A stretch of DNA of 37,752 nt from Reclinomonas americana ATCC 50394 (lineage: Eukaryota), in contig PS015136.1 of assembly GCA_048213135.1 (NCBI GenBank), positions 36,734 through 74,485 of the forward strand, in the 5' to 3' direction. The position numbers and the translations under genes are program-made. This document shows, piece by piece, positions 1-13,134 of this stretch. Within the stretch, counting starts at the first letter, position 1; every line of letters starts with the position of its first letter. Under the pieces are notes generated by a model. It did not search any database. It was not told the DNA's origin and worked only from the letters and a program-made list of their open reading frames with translations.

Positions 1-2002
1 CTGATCAGCACGCTGCGGTACGCCGGCAGCGACTCGGCCAGCATGTGCGCGATGCAAATGACAAACTCCTCCGGCTGCATAGTACACGCATGTGCGTGCG
101 TGTGAGCACGCCACCTCTTGCATACATAAACAAGTGGATGGAACGCAACATCGGCACTTGCTGGATTGGCATAGTCCACAAAGTACGCGCCCACCACTTG
201 CTGCTGTGCCGGTCTGCCGACGGCGCGAGATGACTGTGCGGCCAACTAAGAAAAGTGAGGAGAGAGGGAGAGAAAGAGAGAGATTTGACGAGGAGGACAC
301 TAGAAGTGAACGAAACTGGATCATGGAAGCGACGGAGAGCGATCTGGGCCAGTTGCGCAAAGAGCGCGGTCTTTCCGGTACCGGCACCGCCAATCACGGC
401 GAGAGACTGACTGCCACTCTGTTGCGAGATGGTTGAATGAGCAGGAGTGGCACTTTTAACACCGCACCGAATGGACGCAACCGTCGCCGCGGTGGACTCG
501 AGCATGTCGTAGAACCACTCTCGGCCAACAAAACCACCCAGCTGATTGCAGGCGGCCAGCGTCTGCTGCGCCTGGCGGAAAAAGGCACTGACGAGCGGCC
601 GGCTGCGCTGCTCGGCTTCACACACAATGTGCAGGCCGTTTGCGACTTGCATCTGCAGTCGTTGCCAGCCGATCTGCATCTCCGAGTCGGAGAGCACCAC
701 TGTGCGTGATGTCAGCCAAACAACACAAATACTCTCTCTCTTATTCCACTCAGAAATGAAGATATACAAACCGCTGTCGTCGGCAAACTTGCGCAGTTCG
801 ACCAAATCCGCGTAATGCGAGTACGGCATGCCGACCTTGAGCTGATGCGTCTCCAGGTACTCACAGGCCGTCAAAATGTGCGTCACGTGCTCGCGATACG
901 TCGCCGGATCGAAGGGACTGGTGCGCAGCAAGAAAAAGACCGCAGCTCGCATCACGTGGGAGATGGTGGCCACGGATTCACGCTGCGGAGGTGGATGAGG
1001 AGCGAGGGAGAGAGAGAAAGTGTTGATCCCACTCACCACTCCAGGCAATAGCACGTGCTCGTCTCCGTCGCTCACATTCATGAGGACCGCCAGGCAGATT
1101 TGCAGTGACCAAGATCTGCACGACGAATCAAATCAAGTGGGTGAGAGCGGGTGAGTGAGTAGGTGAGGGAGGGTGAGGGGGAGAGGAGAGAAGAAATACG
1201 TGGACGGGTGAGGGAGGATGAGGGAGGATGGGGGAGGATGAGGGGAGGATGAGGGGAGGATGAGGGAAGGATGAAGAGACGTTGCGAAAGGATGAACAGA
1301 GAGAGGATGAGAAACGATGAATAGAGCATGAGTGAGCGCAACAAGCACGAGTGAGAGGGCAAACGAGGATGGGCACGAGCAAGTGGGGTCAGGATGCTAA
1401 TGCACACACGAGATTGGAAAACATACAGAAAGCAGAGAGCAAAAGCGATGCATAAGTTGAAGCCAATATAACACGAAGCTCCACATGAGATCTTCCCTTC
1501 CCTCGATCGCCCTCCTCCATCGCCCTCGCTCACACTCACCGACACTGATGCTTGAGTGGTGCGCGCCTCCACTCGGCAATCTCGCGCGCCTTGCTGCTCC
1601 CCGCCACCGTCGGATCCGCGGCCGCATACTCACTCCACCACTGCTCCACATCAAAGCTCGCATGGCGGCGACAAAAGTCGGAGAGACGCGCGTGCGACTC
1701 GCGCTGGAGAATGCACTCCACGTGCTGCGAGACTTGCATGAAGCGAGCGTAGGTGTCGATTCTGGGAGAGAGATGAGCGAATGAGGGAAGGGCAGTGATG
1801 TGAGTGAAAGAGAGAGAGTGTGTGTGTGAGTGAGTTGAGGGAGTGAGTGAGTGAGTGAGTGAGTGAGTGTGTGTGTGTGTGCGTGTGTGTGTGGAGTGAG
1901 TGAGCTTGCATGCATTAGTGACTAAGGCGACGGATAATGCACGCTTACGGTCGACTTAGGCGACGCCTATGTGCACGTTCTCCCTCTCTCTCTCTCACAC
2001 GT

Positions 2003-2037
<35 letters not shown>

Positions 2038-2305
2038 CTCTCTCTCTCTCTCTCTCTCGTCTATTNNNNNNNNNNNNNNNNNNNNNNNNNNNNNNNNNNN
2101 NNNNNNNNNNNNNNNNNNNNNNNNNNNNNNNNNNNNNNNNNNNNNNNNNNNNNNNNNNNNNNNNNNNNNNNNNTTGTTGTGCTGCCTGTTGACATGGGCG
2201 TCAGTGGCGGTGACTCTGCACCGAGGTCCATGGAGGCCGAGGAGAAGAGGCGTTGAGGGGCGAGCGGAGTCGACATGATTGCACGACGCGGCCCGCTCGC
2301 AACAC
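1..2305 (-). CDS. NACHT/STAND-like P-loop NTPase, multi-exon, partial (3' end runs off the window; 5' start unresolved)
   Basis: Spliced exons give GGFVGREWFYDMLE...SLAVIGGAGTGKTALFAQLAQ (Walker A)...QQVVGAYFVDYANPASAD|PEEFVICIAHMLAESLPAYRSVLI, resembling TANC/NWD-type NACHT N-termini. Phase-compatible GT-AG introns are traceable from 1761 down to base 1. The exon at 2174-2305, across the gap, is tentative. Confidence 0.65.
1209..1272. repeat. Short tandem repeat of ~10-11 bp unit (GAGGG(G)AGGAT), ~6 copies, intronic
   Basis: Read directly: gagggaggatg agggaggatg ggggaggatg aggggaggat gaggggagga tgagggaagg at. Confidence 0.85.
1801..2058. repeat. Compound microsatellites (GAGT)n, (GT)n, (CA)n, (CT)n next to assembly gap 2066-2173
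   Basis: Read directly from the sequence. Confidence 0.9.
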
Positions 2306-3629
2306 CTGGTTGAGTGAGTGAACTTTCACCCGTTTTGAGAGAGAGAAGTCATCATGTCGCAGAGGCCGGTGTCGATATGAGCACGGGGCTTGATAGCCAA
2401 CCTTCTGCTCTGCGCGTACGACATGCACGGAGGCACACAAACATGCACCGCTGCGGAGATATGAGACTGATATCGATCTTGGCGTTGACGTGCATATGCA
2501 TGCGCAAACGCAGGTCCATCATGAACGCTTTTACGCATAGCAGGCACACAGCTGATCCTCTGTCGTGCGATATGGCACTAAGCTGGCGCCGTTGTCTGCA
2601 TTACAGCAGCTCCTCTGTGCTCCGCGACAAATTTCGCGAGGTGGTGAGAGATCGGCGTTTCGTTTTTCTCCACGTGCAGAGCAGCCTCTTCAGCGCCGTT
2701 TGGCCATATAGTGTAGAGCATGCACCCCGTTAAGATGAGCCGAGTTGCTGCGTCAGAGTCGGCAGCGCCACTGAGGAGGCGTCGAATTACATGTGTCGAT
2801 CGGCGAATTACGCAACGGCCTTGTCACCGCACTGTTTCTTTGTGAACTGCCCTGCTATGATGTGGTGCGCCATGCGGGAGGTAGTCGCCAGCTCGGCGCA
2901 CTAACCTGCAGGGAACCAACACGCGGAGCAACTCTGTAGCTGGGGCTGGAACGGCCACGGCCAATTGCAAGTATTCCTGATCGCCCTCGAAGAACCGCTG
3001 GCAACCTAACTGTGCCTTGCACCAACGCCGTACATGGCACTTTAGAGAAGGTACCTCACATGTACCTTGCTGGAGGTAATCGACGAATGCATCGACTTTG
3101 AGCTGGATATTCGCTTGGCCAGTTTCACCCACGAAAACTGCAACCCAGCGACTGCTGCGTCGCATTCACTGCTCATAAACTCTGCACACGGCATGCCACG
3201 CATCTTCACTCCACATTCTCTTGCAGAGACATGCATGAATCATGCAAGCGTGCATGCAAAAAGAGTATCGCGAGTGCAAACACACAACCGTTACGGAAAT
3301 CGTTCGCGGCAATTCAATCATTAGTCGAGAAGTCGCACGTTGAGCGCACGCTCTTTCGCTCACTTTCTCTCTTTGCTCTCTCCACCCTCTGCCTCGGTGC
3401 CTCATCCTCGCGTGCGTGCAACACAGACCACGTGTCTGCGTGTGACCGCGAGCGCCGTGCGCACACTTCTTCCTTCTCCTTCTTTCTTGTCTCTCTCTCT
3501 TTGCTTTCAAGCGTGTGCGTGAGTGCACTGAATGATCGCCTCACGCGCACATGGTGGCGTCCAGCACCTTCTCTATGGTGCGTGCGCTCCACCTTCTCTC
3601 TTTCCTGTGTCGTTCACCATGCACTCACG

Positions 3630-6600
3630 ATGTCCATCTTCTTGCTCATCACTGCAGCACTCATTGTTGTGTGTGTACTTGTCGTGGTACCACACGTGGC
3701 CGTCGCCAGCAACACCACGCCACTGAGTAGTGTGACGATTACGGGCTCGATCGTGCTGGCCTCTGCTGACTCGCTAACATTCTCGCTGCGGCCTTCACGA
3801 TCGTACGAGCCTGCAGACGGCGCCAACCCAATGATCGAGGTGCGCAGACTCTTTGTTCCTCTCTCTCTCTCTCTCGTGCATAGTCTCACACTGTGCTCTC
3901 CTCTCTCCACGCGCGCAGGTCCTTCCCGACAACGACAATGCCCTTGCCATGCTTCCCCTGAACCCCGTGCTGTGCCCTTGGTCGGGCGCCTACACCCTCG
4001 TCGGCAACTCCACCGACACCACGCCGACGGCAACAGCCGACTACGGCTTTGTGGTGTGCACGTTTGGTGAGCAATGCCACACTGTTGTTTCACTTTCTCC
4101 CTGCACTCGTCCTCACCGAGTCCTCTCTCCTCGTCCAGCTCGACCATTGCAAAGCACCGGACTACCGTACACGCGCTTCCGTGCACGTGTTTCCACGGTG
4201 GCAGGCAGCGGTCCGCAGTCGCCTGCCATGAACTCGAGTTGCGACCGTTCCCGTTGAGTGCCTTCTCGCAGCTCTGAGTCACTCATGACCCTGCTTGCAG
4301 ACGTTTTGTTGCTCGACACCTCGGTGTCGGCTGCCGTTCTGTCGCTGGCCGACAGCGTGCTCACCGTGTGGTTCAAGGCCAGTGATGCGGCGGACAGCAG
4401 CTTCGGCCTGTCGCCGCGCTATGAGGTGCACTGGCCGCCAAATTATTCGAGAGGAAAGTCTTTGACAAAAAACACTCACCTCTTGTTTCCCCACCGTTAC
4501 AGATCATGGCCATGTCTGATCTCGCCACCCCTCTCCAACCCGTTGTGGGCACCGACTGCGTGTGGAGCACGAATAACACCGACCCGGTGACTTGCATGTT
4601 TGCACTTACCGACAATTACAACGCCACCAGCATGTTTGCTGCTCGAGTCGCCACAAATCAAGTGGCCGGCATGCCGAGCGCCACTTTTGCGCCAGGTTTC
4701 GTGTCTCTTGCTTTGTTTCCTTCAGCTTTGTCTTGTCTTCCTCATTCTGGCGCACAGTGCAAGTGTTGAATGTCGGTGGATTCGACAGCGTGCGCGTCGT
4801 CTCTGGGTGGGTGAACGCCATCACCGTGGTGGGTACCGGCTTCTCTGGTGGCGATCAGTTCCGCGTCATCTCCACTGCCTCGTCGTGCAGTGACGTCGCC
4901 GTCACCAACGCTGCGGCCGTGGTATACTTGCAACGCTCGTGGTCTGGCCACTCGATGCACGTGCTATCGCTCGTGGTCGCTGGCGAAGGAGAGTATCAGG
5001 TGCGTCGGGGCATTCTTGCGCTTTCATGTGTAATGCATCGACACTCATCTCCTCTGTGCATGCACGCGATCAGCTATGCATGAAGTTCGCGCAAGGCACA
5101 GTGTTTAGCGCCATTCCGTCACCATTGTCCACATTCATGGCAGTGGCTCGTTGCGTTTTCGATTCGATTCTCTGCCCCTGTCCTCTTTATTTACCATCTC
5201 TCTCTCCACACACACACACACAGCCGCGGCCTACAACTCCACTCTTGTTGGTTTCACGGGCAGTCCTGCAGTTGATCCGCAACTCGTTGATGCCGCCATT
5301 GCTGGCAAGGGTGTGTGCATTTCTCGCGTTCACACCACCACTTTTGCTTCATCACTCATGTTGCTGCGTGCCTTTTCCTCACAGGACTCACCATCGACGA
5401 TGAGATCGCCGTGTCGCGCAGCCCCACTTGCGCATCGAAAGAGATCACCGGTTTTACCATTGTCGGCGCCGAGCTCATTTCCCCGGAGCTACGCACCTTC
5501 CACATTGGTGCCAGTGTCGGTGGGACGTACTATCTGTGCATTCGTTTCCGCGGGTCGGCTGCGTTGACCCCAGTGGGAAGTGCACCGTTCTTGGTCACCG
5601 GTGCGGCAATCCCGCAATGAGTTAGAGGAGCATCTTGCATGTGGAAACTCACTCCACACCTTCTCTCTCTCTGTTCGCGTCTCCTTGCACTCCCGCAGGT
5701 ATCGTCGCCAACATTGCACCGGCTGTCCTGCTGACGGACCGTGCCTCCAATCTCACCATTATCGGCTCCGCGCTCACCTCCGACGACAAATTCTTCTTTG
5801 TCCGCAGCAACTGCGCGGCCGCCGATCCAGCCACCAACTCCTCCGGCGTGGAGGTGCAGGTGTTGCCGGGGAGAAATTCCACAGTTACTCAGCTGCAATC
5901 CACTGCACGTGGGCTCGGCGACTTTAGGCTCTGTGCTCTGTATGCCAACAGCACACAACCGGTGGACACGGGCTTGTCGATCACTGCGCACGGTTTGTTC
6001 GAATTGCTCTTAGTGATTTTTCCTTTTCTTCCGCGTACTTACCTGCCCCCGTCCGTGGCACTACAGCCGAATTGAACGGCATTGCACCCTCCATTACCGT
6101 GGTCTCCATGGCTGTCACTGTGTCGGTGAATGGTATTGGCCTGCGGCCACAGTTCGGCTACAAGTTCGTGTCTGTGTCGGAGAACGACGGTTGCGGTTTC
6201 CCGAACAGCGATGCCGATGCCGCCGCCCCGATTCACTCCGTAGCGACGGCCTCCGATGGATCTGCTGCCACTCTTGAGCTCAGCACACCTGCCGTGGCCA
6301 GTACACTCTCGCTCTGCATGCGCGAATCCGTCGACTCGCCATACGGGCGAACACTGCTCTCGCTGACCGTGCGCAGTTGAGTCTTTTCGATCCGTCGCCC
6401 TCATGTTTAGCACAACTAACGTGTCTCGCCCGAACGCCACAGCTGTTGCGGTTGCGGAGAGTGTGTTGCCGTCGTTTGTGCGCGCCGGCGCCGGACTGAT
6501 CAGCACCATCACACTGGTTGGCAACAATTTCGAAGAGTCGACGGCCATTCGTCTGGTAGCGTTCGATCAGAGTGCCTCGTGCAACATGAATGGGGAGCCG

Positions 6601-9600
6601 AGCAATTCGCCTGCCGTTCTCTCGCTAACCACTGCGCGACCGACCTCCACTCACTTCCTCGTCACTGTCACTGTCGACTCACCGGGCAACTTTGTGGTGA
6701 GGCGCTGAGGGCGAAGTAATATTTGTTTTCGCACCGATGTCTAATCTCTGCTCTCTCCACCACGCAGCTGTGCATCAAGCCAAGCGACATTCTACCGTAC
6801 GAACAAGTGGGTGGTGTCATCAAGAGCATTCCCCGTTGCGTCTCAGTGTTCCTCCTTCAGTTTCTCTCCACATTGCCGATTTCTCACCCTTTCTTCGCAG
6901 CGCAAGCCACATCTTCGTCGTTGCAGGAAATGCAGGCAACGCAGGCGAACTCACAGCCGCAGGTGTTCCCGCTGACAGTCTACGGCAACGCACTGGATCC
7001 GACCGACAGGCTGATGGCTTCGGCGTTTGGAAACGGCTGCGCTGAACTGCCGGCCAATGTGGTGAACTTGGCCACGCCGTTCGCCACCTCCAACAGCACC
7101 ATGTACTCCACCACTATTTCGGCCACGGTCGGCGGCTATTACGAGCTGTGCGTCAGCTTCCAGAACCGCACGCCAAAGACTCGTGTGCTGTCAAGTGGAC
7201 TTGTTGTGCGCGGTGCGTCGTCGAGAGCAAGACGGTCTCCCATCCTTCTTTAACCGCCACTCACCTCTTGCCACACGCGCAAACTAGGTCTCGTGGAGTC
7301 GGTGTCGCCCCTGTCGGTGCCGGCCGACAAGCCGTCTATCGTCACAGTCCGTGGTTTTGCCTTTGCCGCGAACGACACTTTCATTGCAATTCCGGCGACG
7401 GCCTCGTGCACCTCCCCTCCACCAACGGCCACAACCACGCTGATTCGAGATGCAAGCCAGTCGACACCCACAACTGTGGTGCTGACACTAACGCCGGTGC
7501 TCGGTGGCACTGTTGATGTTCGACTCTGTGTGCGATACTCTGGCGTTTTGGCACCGGTCGCGGCGACGACTTCCATTATCTCCGTTGTCCGTTGCGTTTC
7601 TTCATCCACTAATTGTTCACTCGCGCACTGCTCGTTTTTGCTGACTTCATGTTGTACAGCGCGCCTCGACAGTGTGTCACCACTTCGTATGCTGCGAAGC
7701 AGTCGCACCACCATTACCGTCAGCGGCGTCGGTCTGCGATCGACTCTGCAGTTGCGGGCGGTGATGGCCGACACACCAACCGGCTGTGGCAACTCGACCA
7801 GTCTGATCGACTCGGTGGCGGCGTTCTCGTTGACCACTGTGGATCTGTCGGGTGAGACAGCGTCGTTTATCATGGAGCCACTGCGCTCTGGTTCGCTTCT
7901 GCTGTGCACGCGAACCAACCAGTCGGCGACATTCACGGCGCTGCAGCCCGGCACTGGCATGACCATTCTTGGTTGGTGTAGACGTTGGAAGGGGCTGTGC
8001 GTGTGTGTGTCTGTGATTCGTTGACTGATGAGCTTGCAGATTTGGTGACCTCCATGAGCCCGCTGGCCCTGCGTGCCGGTACCGATCTGGTGAATCGTGT
8101 GACTCTCGCCGGCAACATGTTCCGTCCGGACGATATTGTGGCGGTGGGCGATCCCAGCTTGCCGTGCTCCGCCGTCAGTGCAATCGCTCTCTCCATGCTG
8201 GTGTCGAGTCCTTTCAGCGGGAACAACACGCTTGCCACGGCAACACCGCCACCGTTGCAACCCGTTGCACCATCACGGCAGTCGAGCGCGGCAGTGACAT
8301 TTGTCAATGTCACATCCACTACCGACACGATGCATACTGTCGACATTGTCGTGCGCTTGCCTGGCACTTACACGGTCTGGCCTCAATCAGTCTCGTTGTG
8401 GAGATTTGCCTGCATGGTCCTCACTGAATATCACGATGCAGCTGTGCGTCAAATCCGCTCTGCTGAACACCTTTATCGTGCCAAGCAGCAATACTACTCT
8501 GGTGGCGCTCCTGCGTTGCGTCACTCTGCAGCTCGCCTCCCCCGTTTAATGGCATGCTCACTGCGCACCGCATGCACAGCCTCTGCCTCCACAACCGTCA
8601 CAGAACACATTATTCCCGTCAGCTTGCCGTCGCCTTCCCCGCCATCCATCGTGCCGCTCACCCTGCTAGGCGTCATGTTCACGCCTGCAGATACATTCAG
8701 TTTCGTGGACGCCTCGACTGTTGGCGGTTGTGCTCTGCCGGGCAACTCCACTGCACGTGTGGTAGATGCGACTTTCAAGTCCAACACCACGTTTGTGCTC
8801 TCTGTGGCCGCCACTGGCGGAGGTCACGTGCAACTGTGTGTGCGCTTTGCGTTGCGCGTGCAGCCTGAACCGGTCGCCGAGGGCGAATTCATTTGTCGAG
8901 GTTCGTGTGATTCGTGATCCGCATCTTTGTCGGTGCCCCCTTCTCACTTGCCCTCTGCAGGCGCGTTGCGCTCCATCTCTCCCACGAGCGCGGTTGCCAC
9001 GACAGTGGCACTGCCGGTCACGTTCTCGGGATACGGCTTCACATCGGCCGATATCGTGATCCTCATTCGCCTGGCGACCCCGTCCGCTGCTGTCTCCTGT
9101 GGCACACTGGCCACAGCAACAACACCGACCACCGACATGTTCGTGGCCTCGAGTGTGGTGGCCGACGCCGCCGGCTTGGTGGCCGTGGTCACGTTTGGCC
9201 AGCTGTCGGTGCCCGGTGGATGGTTTGGAGTATGCATTGGTGCGGCCGGCAGCAGCATGTTTGCCGCGCAACCGCAAGTGGTGTTCCAAGTCAAGCGTGC
9301 GTACCTCGATGTTTTTTGTGAGCTTCCACTTGTTCCTCTATTCACTCACCACCTCTTGCATGGCGTCTCTTGGCAGCATCGTACACGTCGGTGCTTCCGC
9401 TGCAATTCGACACCATGTCGCCCGCACCCTTTGTCATCACTGGCGTGGGCCTGTACAAGGGAACGAGTCTGCGCTTTGTGCACGACGCTGGAGCCGGTAG
9501 CTGCGGTGGCACTGCGGTGGTAGACGCAACACTGCCGACGATCAGCGGCATCACAATGCAGCCCGATGGCACTGCGCTCTCCGGCACTTTTTCGGCCATC

Positions 9601-12600
9601 AAGAGCGGCAGCTACCGCTTGTGCGCACTCGCCGACATTTCGTTCGAGTGGGTAGCGATGCCCAGCACGGTGTCTGTGGTGGCCGATTCCATTGTGCCCA
9701 CAAACGTCACCGTCACTGGCATTGTCGTGGACGGCTTTGTCATCTCGTGGGACTCGCGAGTGTCCAACAGCACCAAGAGCACGATTGATCGCTTCTCGGT
9801 CGTTTTCTCCACCCCCGGCTCCACTGCGGCCACCGAGCTCACCGCCGCGTTTGACGTGACATCGGTTCGCCAGTCGGTACGTTGCCTGACATGCGACGAC
9901 GGTCCCGAGCATGTATCTCATTACTATTGATGTTCTTCCCCTGTGGCAGCTGCGTGTCACCGGACTTGCCTCCGAGACATTTGTGTCGTCGCTGCGTGTG
10001 TACCCGTGGATCAAGAGCACCGGAAAGCGCTACAGCGATTACGGAGAACCGTCACCCAACTCGTTGACCACGCTCACCACTGGCACGTTCAAAATATGAT
10101 TGTCGGGTGATTGCAAGTGGCTCTGCTGATGACTGAAGTCTCTCTTGTCGCGCAGCTCCGACTGCGGCACCCGCCGATGTGAAACTGTCTGGCATGACAT
10201 CGGAGCCACGCAGCTTATTGCTGCAGTGGAGCGCTGTCACCATTGTCGGCTTGACGACCAAGTTCAACTATGTAGCGCAGTATCAGCGTGTTGGAGGCTC
10301 CGCGTGGCTCCCCCAGAATCCGGTACCCATTGGTCAACTGAGTACGAAATTCATGGGATTGCTGGCTGGTACGGGCATGTGAAGTGGTGCAGACAAAAGG
10401 GGTAGATGATTCATTCAATCTCTGCATTCGCTGCAGGTGTGTCGTATCGCGCGCGCGTCAAGGCCGTGTCCAATGGAGGCGACGGTCCGTGGTCGTCGTT
10501 GGCCACTGCATCCACAGCCACGGATGGTACTTTGCGAAGTCTTCTCTCGCCTTCCGTCTAGTCGTCTCTGACACCAATGCCCTTTGCACAATGCAGGCTC
10601 ACCTCTGCCTCCGACGAATGTGACTGTCAGCACAAGCCCAGTGCGTGTGGCCTGGCAGCAACCAACAGCACTCTCCACCATCACCGTCGACTCGTTCCTC
10701 ATCGTCTTCTCTTACTCGGGGTGAGTTGTGCAAGAGTCGAAAGTCACACACCCTGCGCACTTGCATCTCATTCATCAGTGCAGTGGTGCCGAGACGCGTG
10801 TGACAGTATCCGACGCTGCGGCGCGGTTCTTCTTGCCGACCGTGGACAAGCTGCCGGTCGGCATCGATATTGCGTGCCGCATGCAAGCTATTGCCGGCAA
10901 CAGCCAGAGTCCGTACTCGGATGCTGCTGTCTTCCAGCTGGCAGCCGCCAGCACGGCTTCGGGTCCCTCACTGTTCCTCACCTTCCCCGATCCGTCCAAC
11001 CCCACGGGCTTGTACGATGGCTCGCCGGTTGGCGGCCAATTGATGCTTACCGACCAGTCGGTGGCCGGCGGCACGGCCAACATTAACCTGTTGGCGGCCG
11101 GCGATGCACTGCAGTTGCGCACAGTCACTGCTAGTGAGGTACTGGGGAAACGAAAAAAACACTCACCTCTGTGCTTGCGGCAGATTCGACACTGGCGGCG
11201 TGGCGCTGGTGCAGCTGTCAGTGACGACATCTGCAACGGTGAGTTTTAGGGGGCACATCTTTCTCCACAACGTTCCTCCTTTGTGCTCGTCTAACCCCAC
11301 ATTCCAATGCTCAGGCGGGCTCAATTGGCACTCTTGTTCGCTCTTTCGACCTGAGCGCTCGTGCCGTGTCCATCTCCAAGATGACGACCTCGTCGATTGC
11401 GACGCGTGACACTGCTCCCGCTGCTACTGCACCAAGTGGCAGCAACGCGTGGCGTCAACCGCTGACGCTGACCGCCACCATTTCGCCACCGGTGCGTTTG
11501 TAATGCGGTGTATGCGCTGAGGGCCACCGAACTCATGCATGGTTGCGCGTGCACAGAGTGAGACTGCAGCTCTCATGGTGTCGACCTCGTCCGGTGGATG
11601 GGTGGGTGCCGACGGTCCCTTGTGCTCCAATTTCCCAGATGCCCCCAGACCCTCGTACGACAAGGCGTCCGGTGTTCTGCAAGTGCCGATTTGCGGTGCC
11701 GGCTCGTTTGGTCTCATGCGCAATGTTGGCGTCGTCACTCGTGCGTCACTCATTTCTTTCCGCGAATCCCGTGCTTGCTGTCGCCACTCACAAAAATGGG
11801 CCTCCATATCGCACAGCTCCACCCTCCAACTCGGGCGACTCGGGAAGCGGCACCAACGGCAACGGTTCCTCCGGTAGCGGAAGCACGCAATCACTGGCCA
11901 AACCCTGGTACCGCAGCGCCGGTGCCATTGCCGGTATCAGCGCCGGTGCGGCGGCAGCCTTTGCTCTCATCATCCTTCTCATTGTGGTGATTGTGAGGAG
12001 ACGCCGTGCCAAGCGCCTGGAGAGCAACAAAGTTGCGCGCTCGCACGTGTGTGTATACGCACATTAGCGACCAGCAGTCTCACTCTTCTTCCGCTTGTGT
12101 TCGCACAGGCTGGACTCACGATCACTGCGGCGGACGACCCCAACGGTGCCAACAAGTGGCCGATTCGTGACGAGAGGCGACACTCGGCGATTGGCTTGCT
12201 GGATCCGACAAGCCTCCACAGTCCCATGGCTGGCGCACAGCCGCCGGCGTCGCCAAGCGCATTCAAGCACCTCAGTACGCCCAAGTTAGTGGCGGGGGCA
12301 GCCGGCAGCGATTTGGCCACGGAGAGTGGCTCCGAATCGACGAAGCGCGCCACCATGATGCAGACGCTGAGCGACATGTCGACGACACATCCGTCGAGTG
12401 CCGGCAGCTTCGGTTCCATGTCACGCGACATCAACTCGGAGTTCGCCCGGACGCCAGGCAGTCAGCCACCTCACGACCACGCGCCGCATCACATCGGAAC
12501 GACGTTTGTCACTTTCGATTTTGATGGCATGACTGCGGACGACTTGCCGAGCGAGTACCTGGAGACGCTGGACGACTCACCAGTCGGCGACGGTCACGGC

Positions 12601-13011
12601 GGCGACGGATCGAGTGCACCGGCTATGCTAACACCACAGCCAGCCACTCCCTCCGGCACCTTCATGCGACCAATGGCCCTCTCGCCACGCACCATGGCCG
12701 ACGACGGGTGGACCGTGGTGCGCGAGGATCGCAACCTCTCGCCGGCCTCGGCCGCCGCCTTGGCACGTCGTCAGCATCACCACGGTTCGTCGGGAAGCAT
12801 CAGCCCCGCCGAGAGCGAAGACGTCGCCACGGCGTCGTGGGCTCACGTGGCGCCACCAGCCACGGAATCAATTTTGGATGTCACTCGCACGCGACGAGCA
12901 GTGGCGGCCACCACCGGCGGCCTGCCCAGCGGACGCAACAGCGCGCGTCCCTTCCAGACCGGCACCTCTCCACCCAAGAGTCGCGTACCGGTCTTCCTCA
13001 AGCCGCAGTGA
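3630..13011 (+). CDS. Large type-I membrane/surface protein: signal peptide, FN3-like N-region, 12 Cys-paired IPT/Ig-like repeats, ~3 FN3 domains, juxtamembrane beta domain, one TM helix, Ser/Pro-rich cytoplasmic tail (~31 exons, ~2400 aa)
   Basis: ATG 3630 gives a hydrophobic leader MSIFLLITAALIVVCVLVVVPHVAVA. 30 phase-compatible introns join the ORF pieces. FN3 motifs include SLLLQWSAV...YVAQYQ...LLAGVSYRARVKAVSNGGDGPWS. TM AIAGISAGAAAAFALIILLIVVIV is followed by RRRRAKR. Many N-x-S/T sequons. TGA at 13009-13011. Confidence 0.85.
10083..10155 (+). other. GC-AG intron
   Basis: acc act g|GCACGT...cgcAG|ct ccg act is the phase-1 join that keeps the FN3 frame (TLTT-APTAAPADVKLSG). The nearby GT at 10087 gives the wrong phase. 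Confidence 0.65.
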
Positions 13012-13134
13012 GCAACAGCGAAAACGAAAACAAGAAGAACATGTGTGCAGCGACGCCACCAGCAGCTGCAGTATTAGTTTGTGTGTGTATACGATGATGC
13101 ATATTGGTACTCTAAAACAAAACAAACGGGGAGG

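Noticed and set aside
2824-3528. Stop-codon read-through or altered code at the in-frame TGA-ATG (3168-3163, minus)
   Set aside because: The upstream ORF is largely antisense CT-repeat sequence. All confident genes end in TGA/TAA with no internal stops once spliced, so the standard code suffices.
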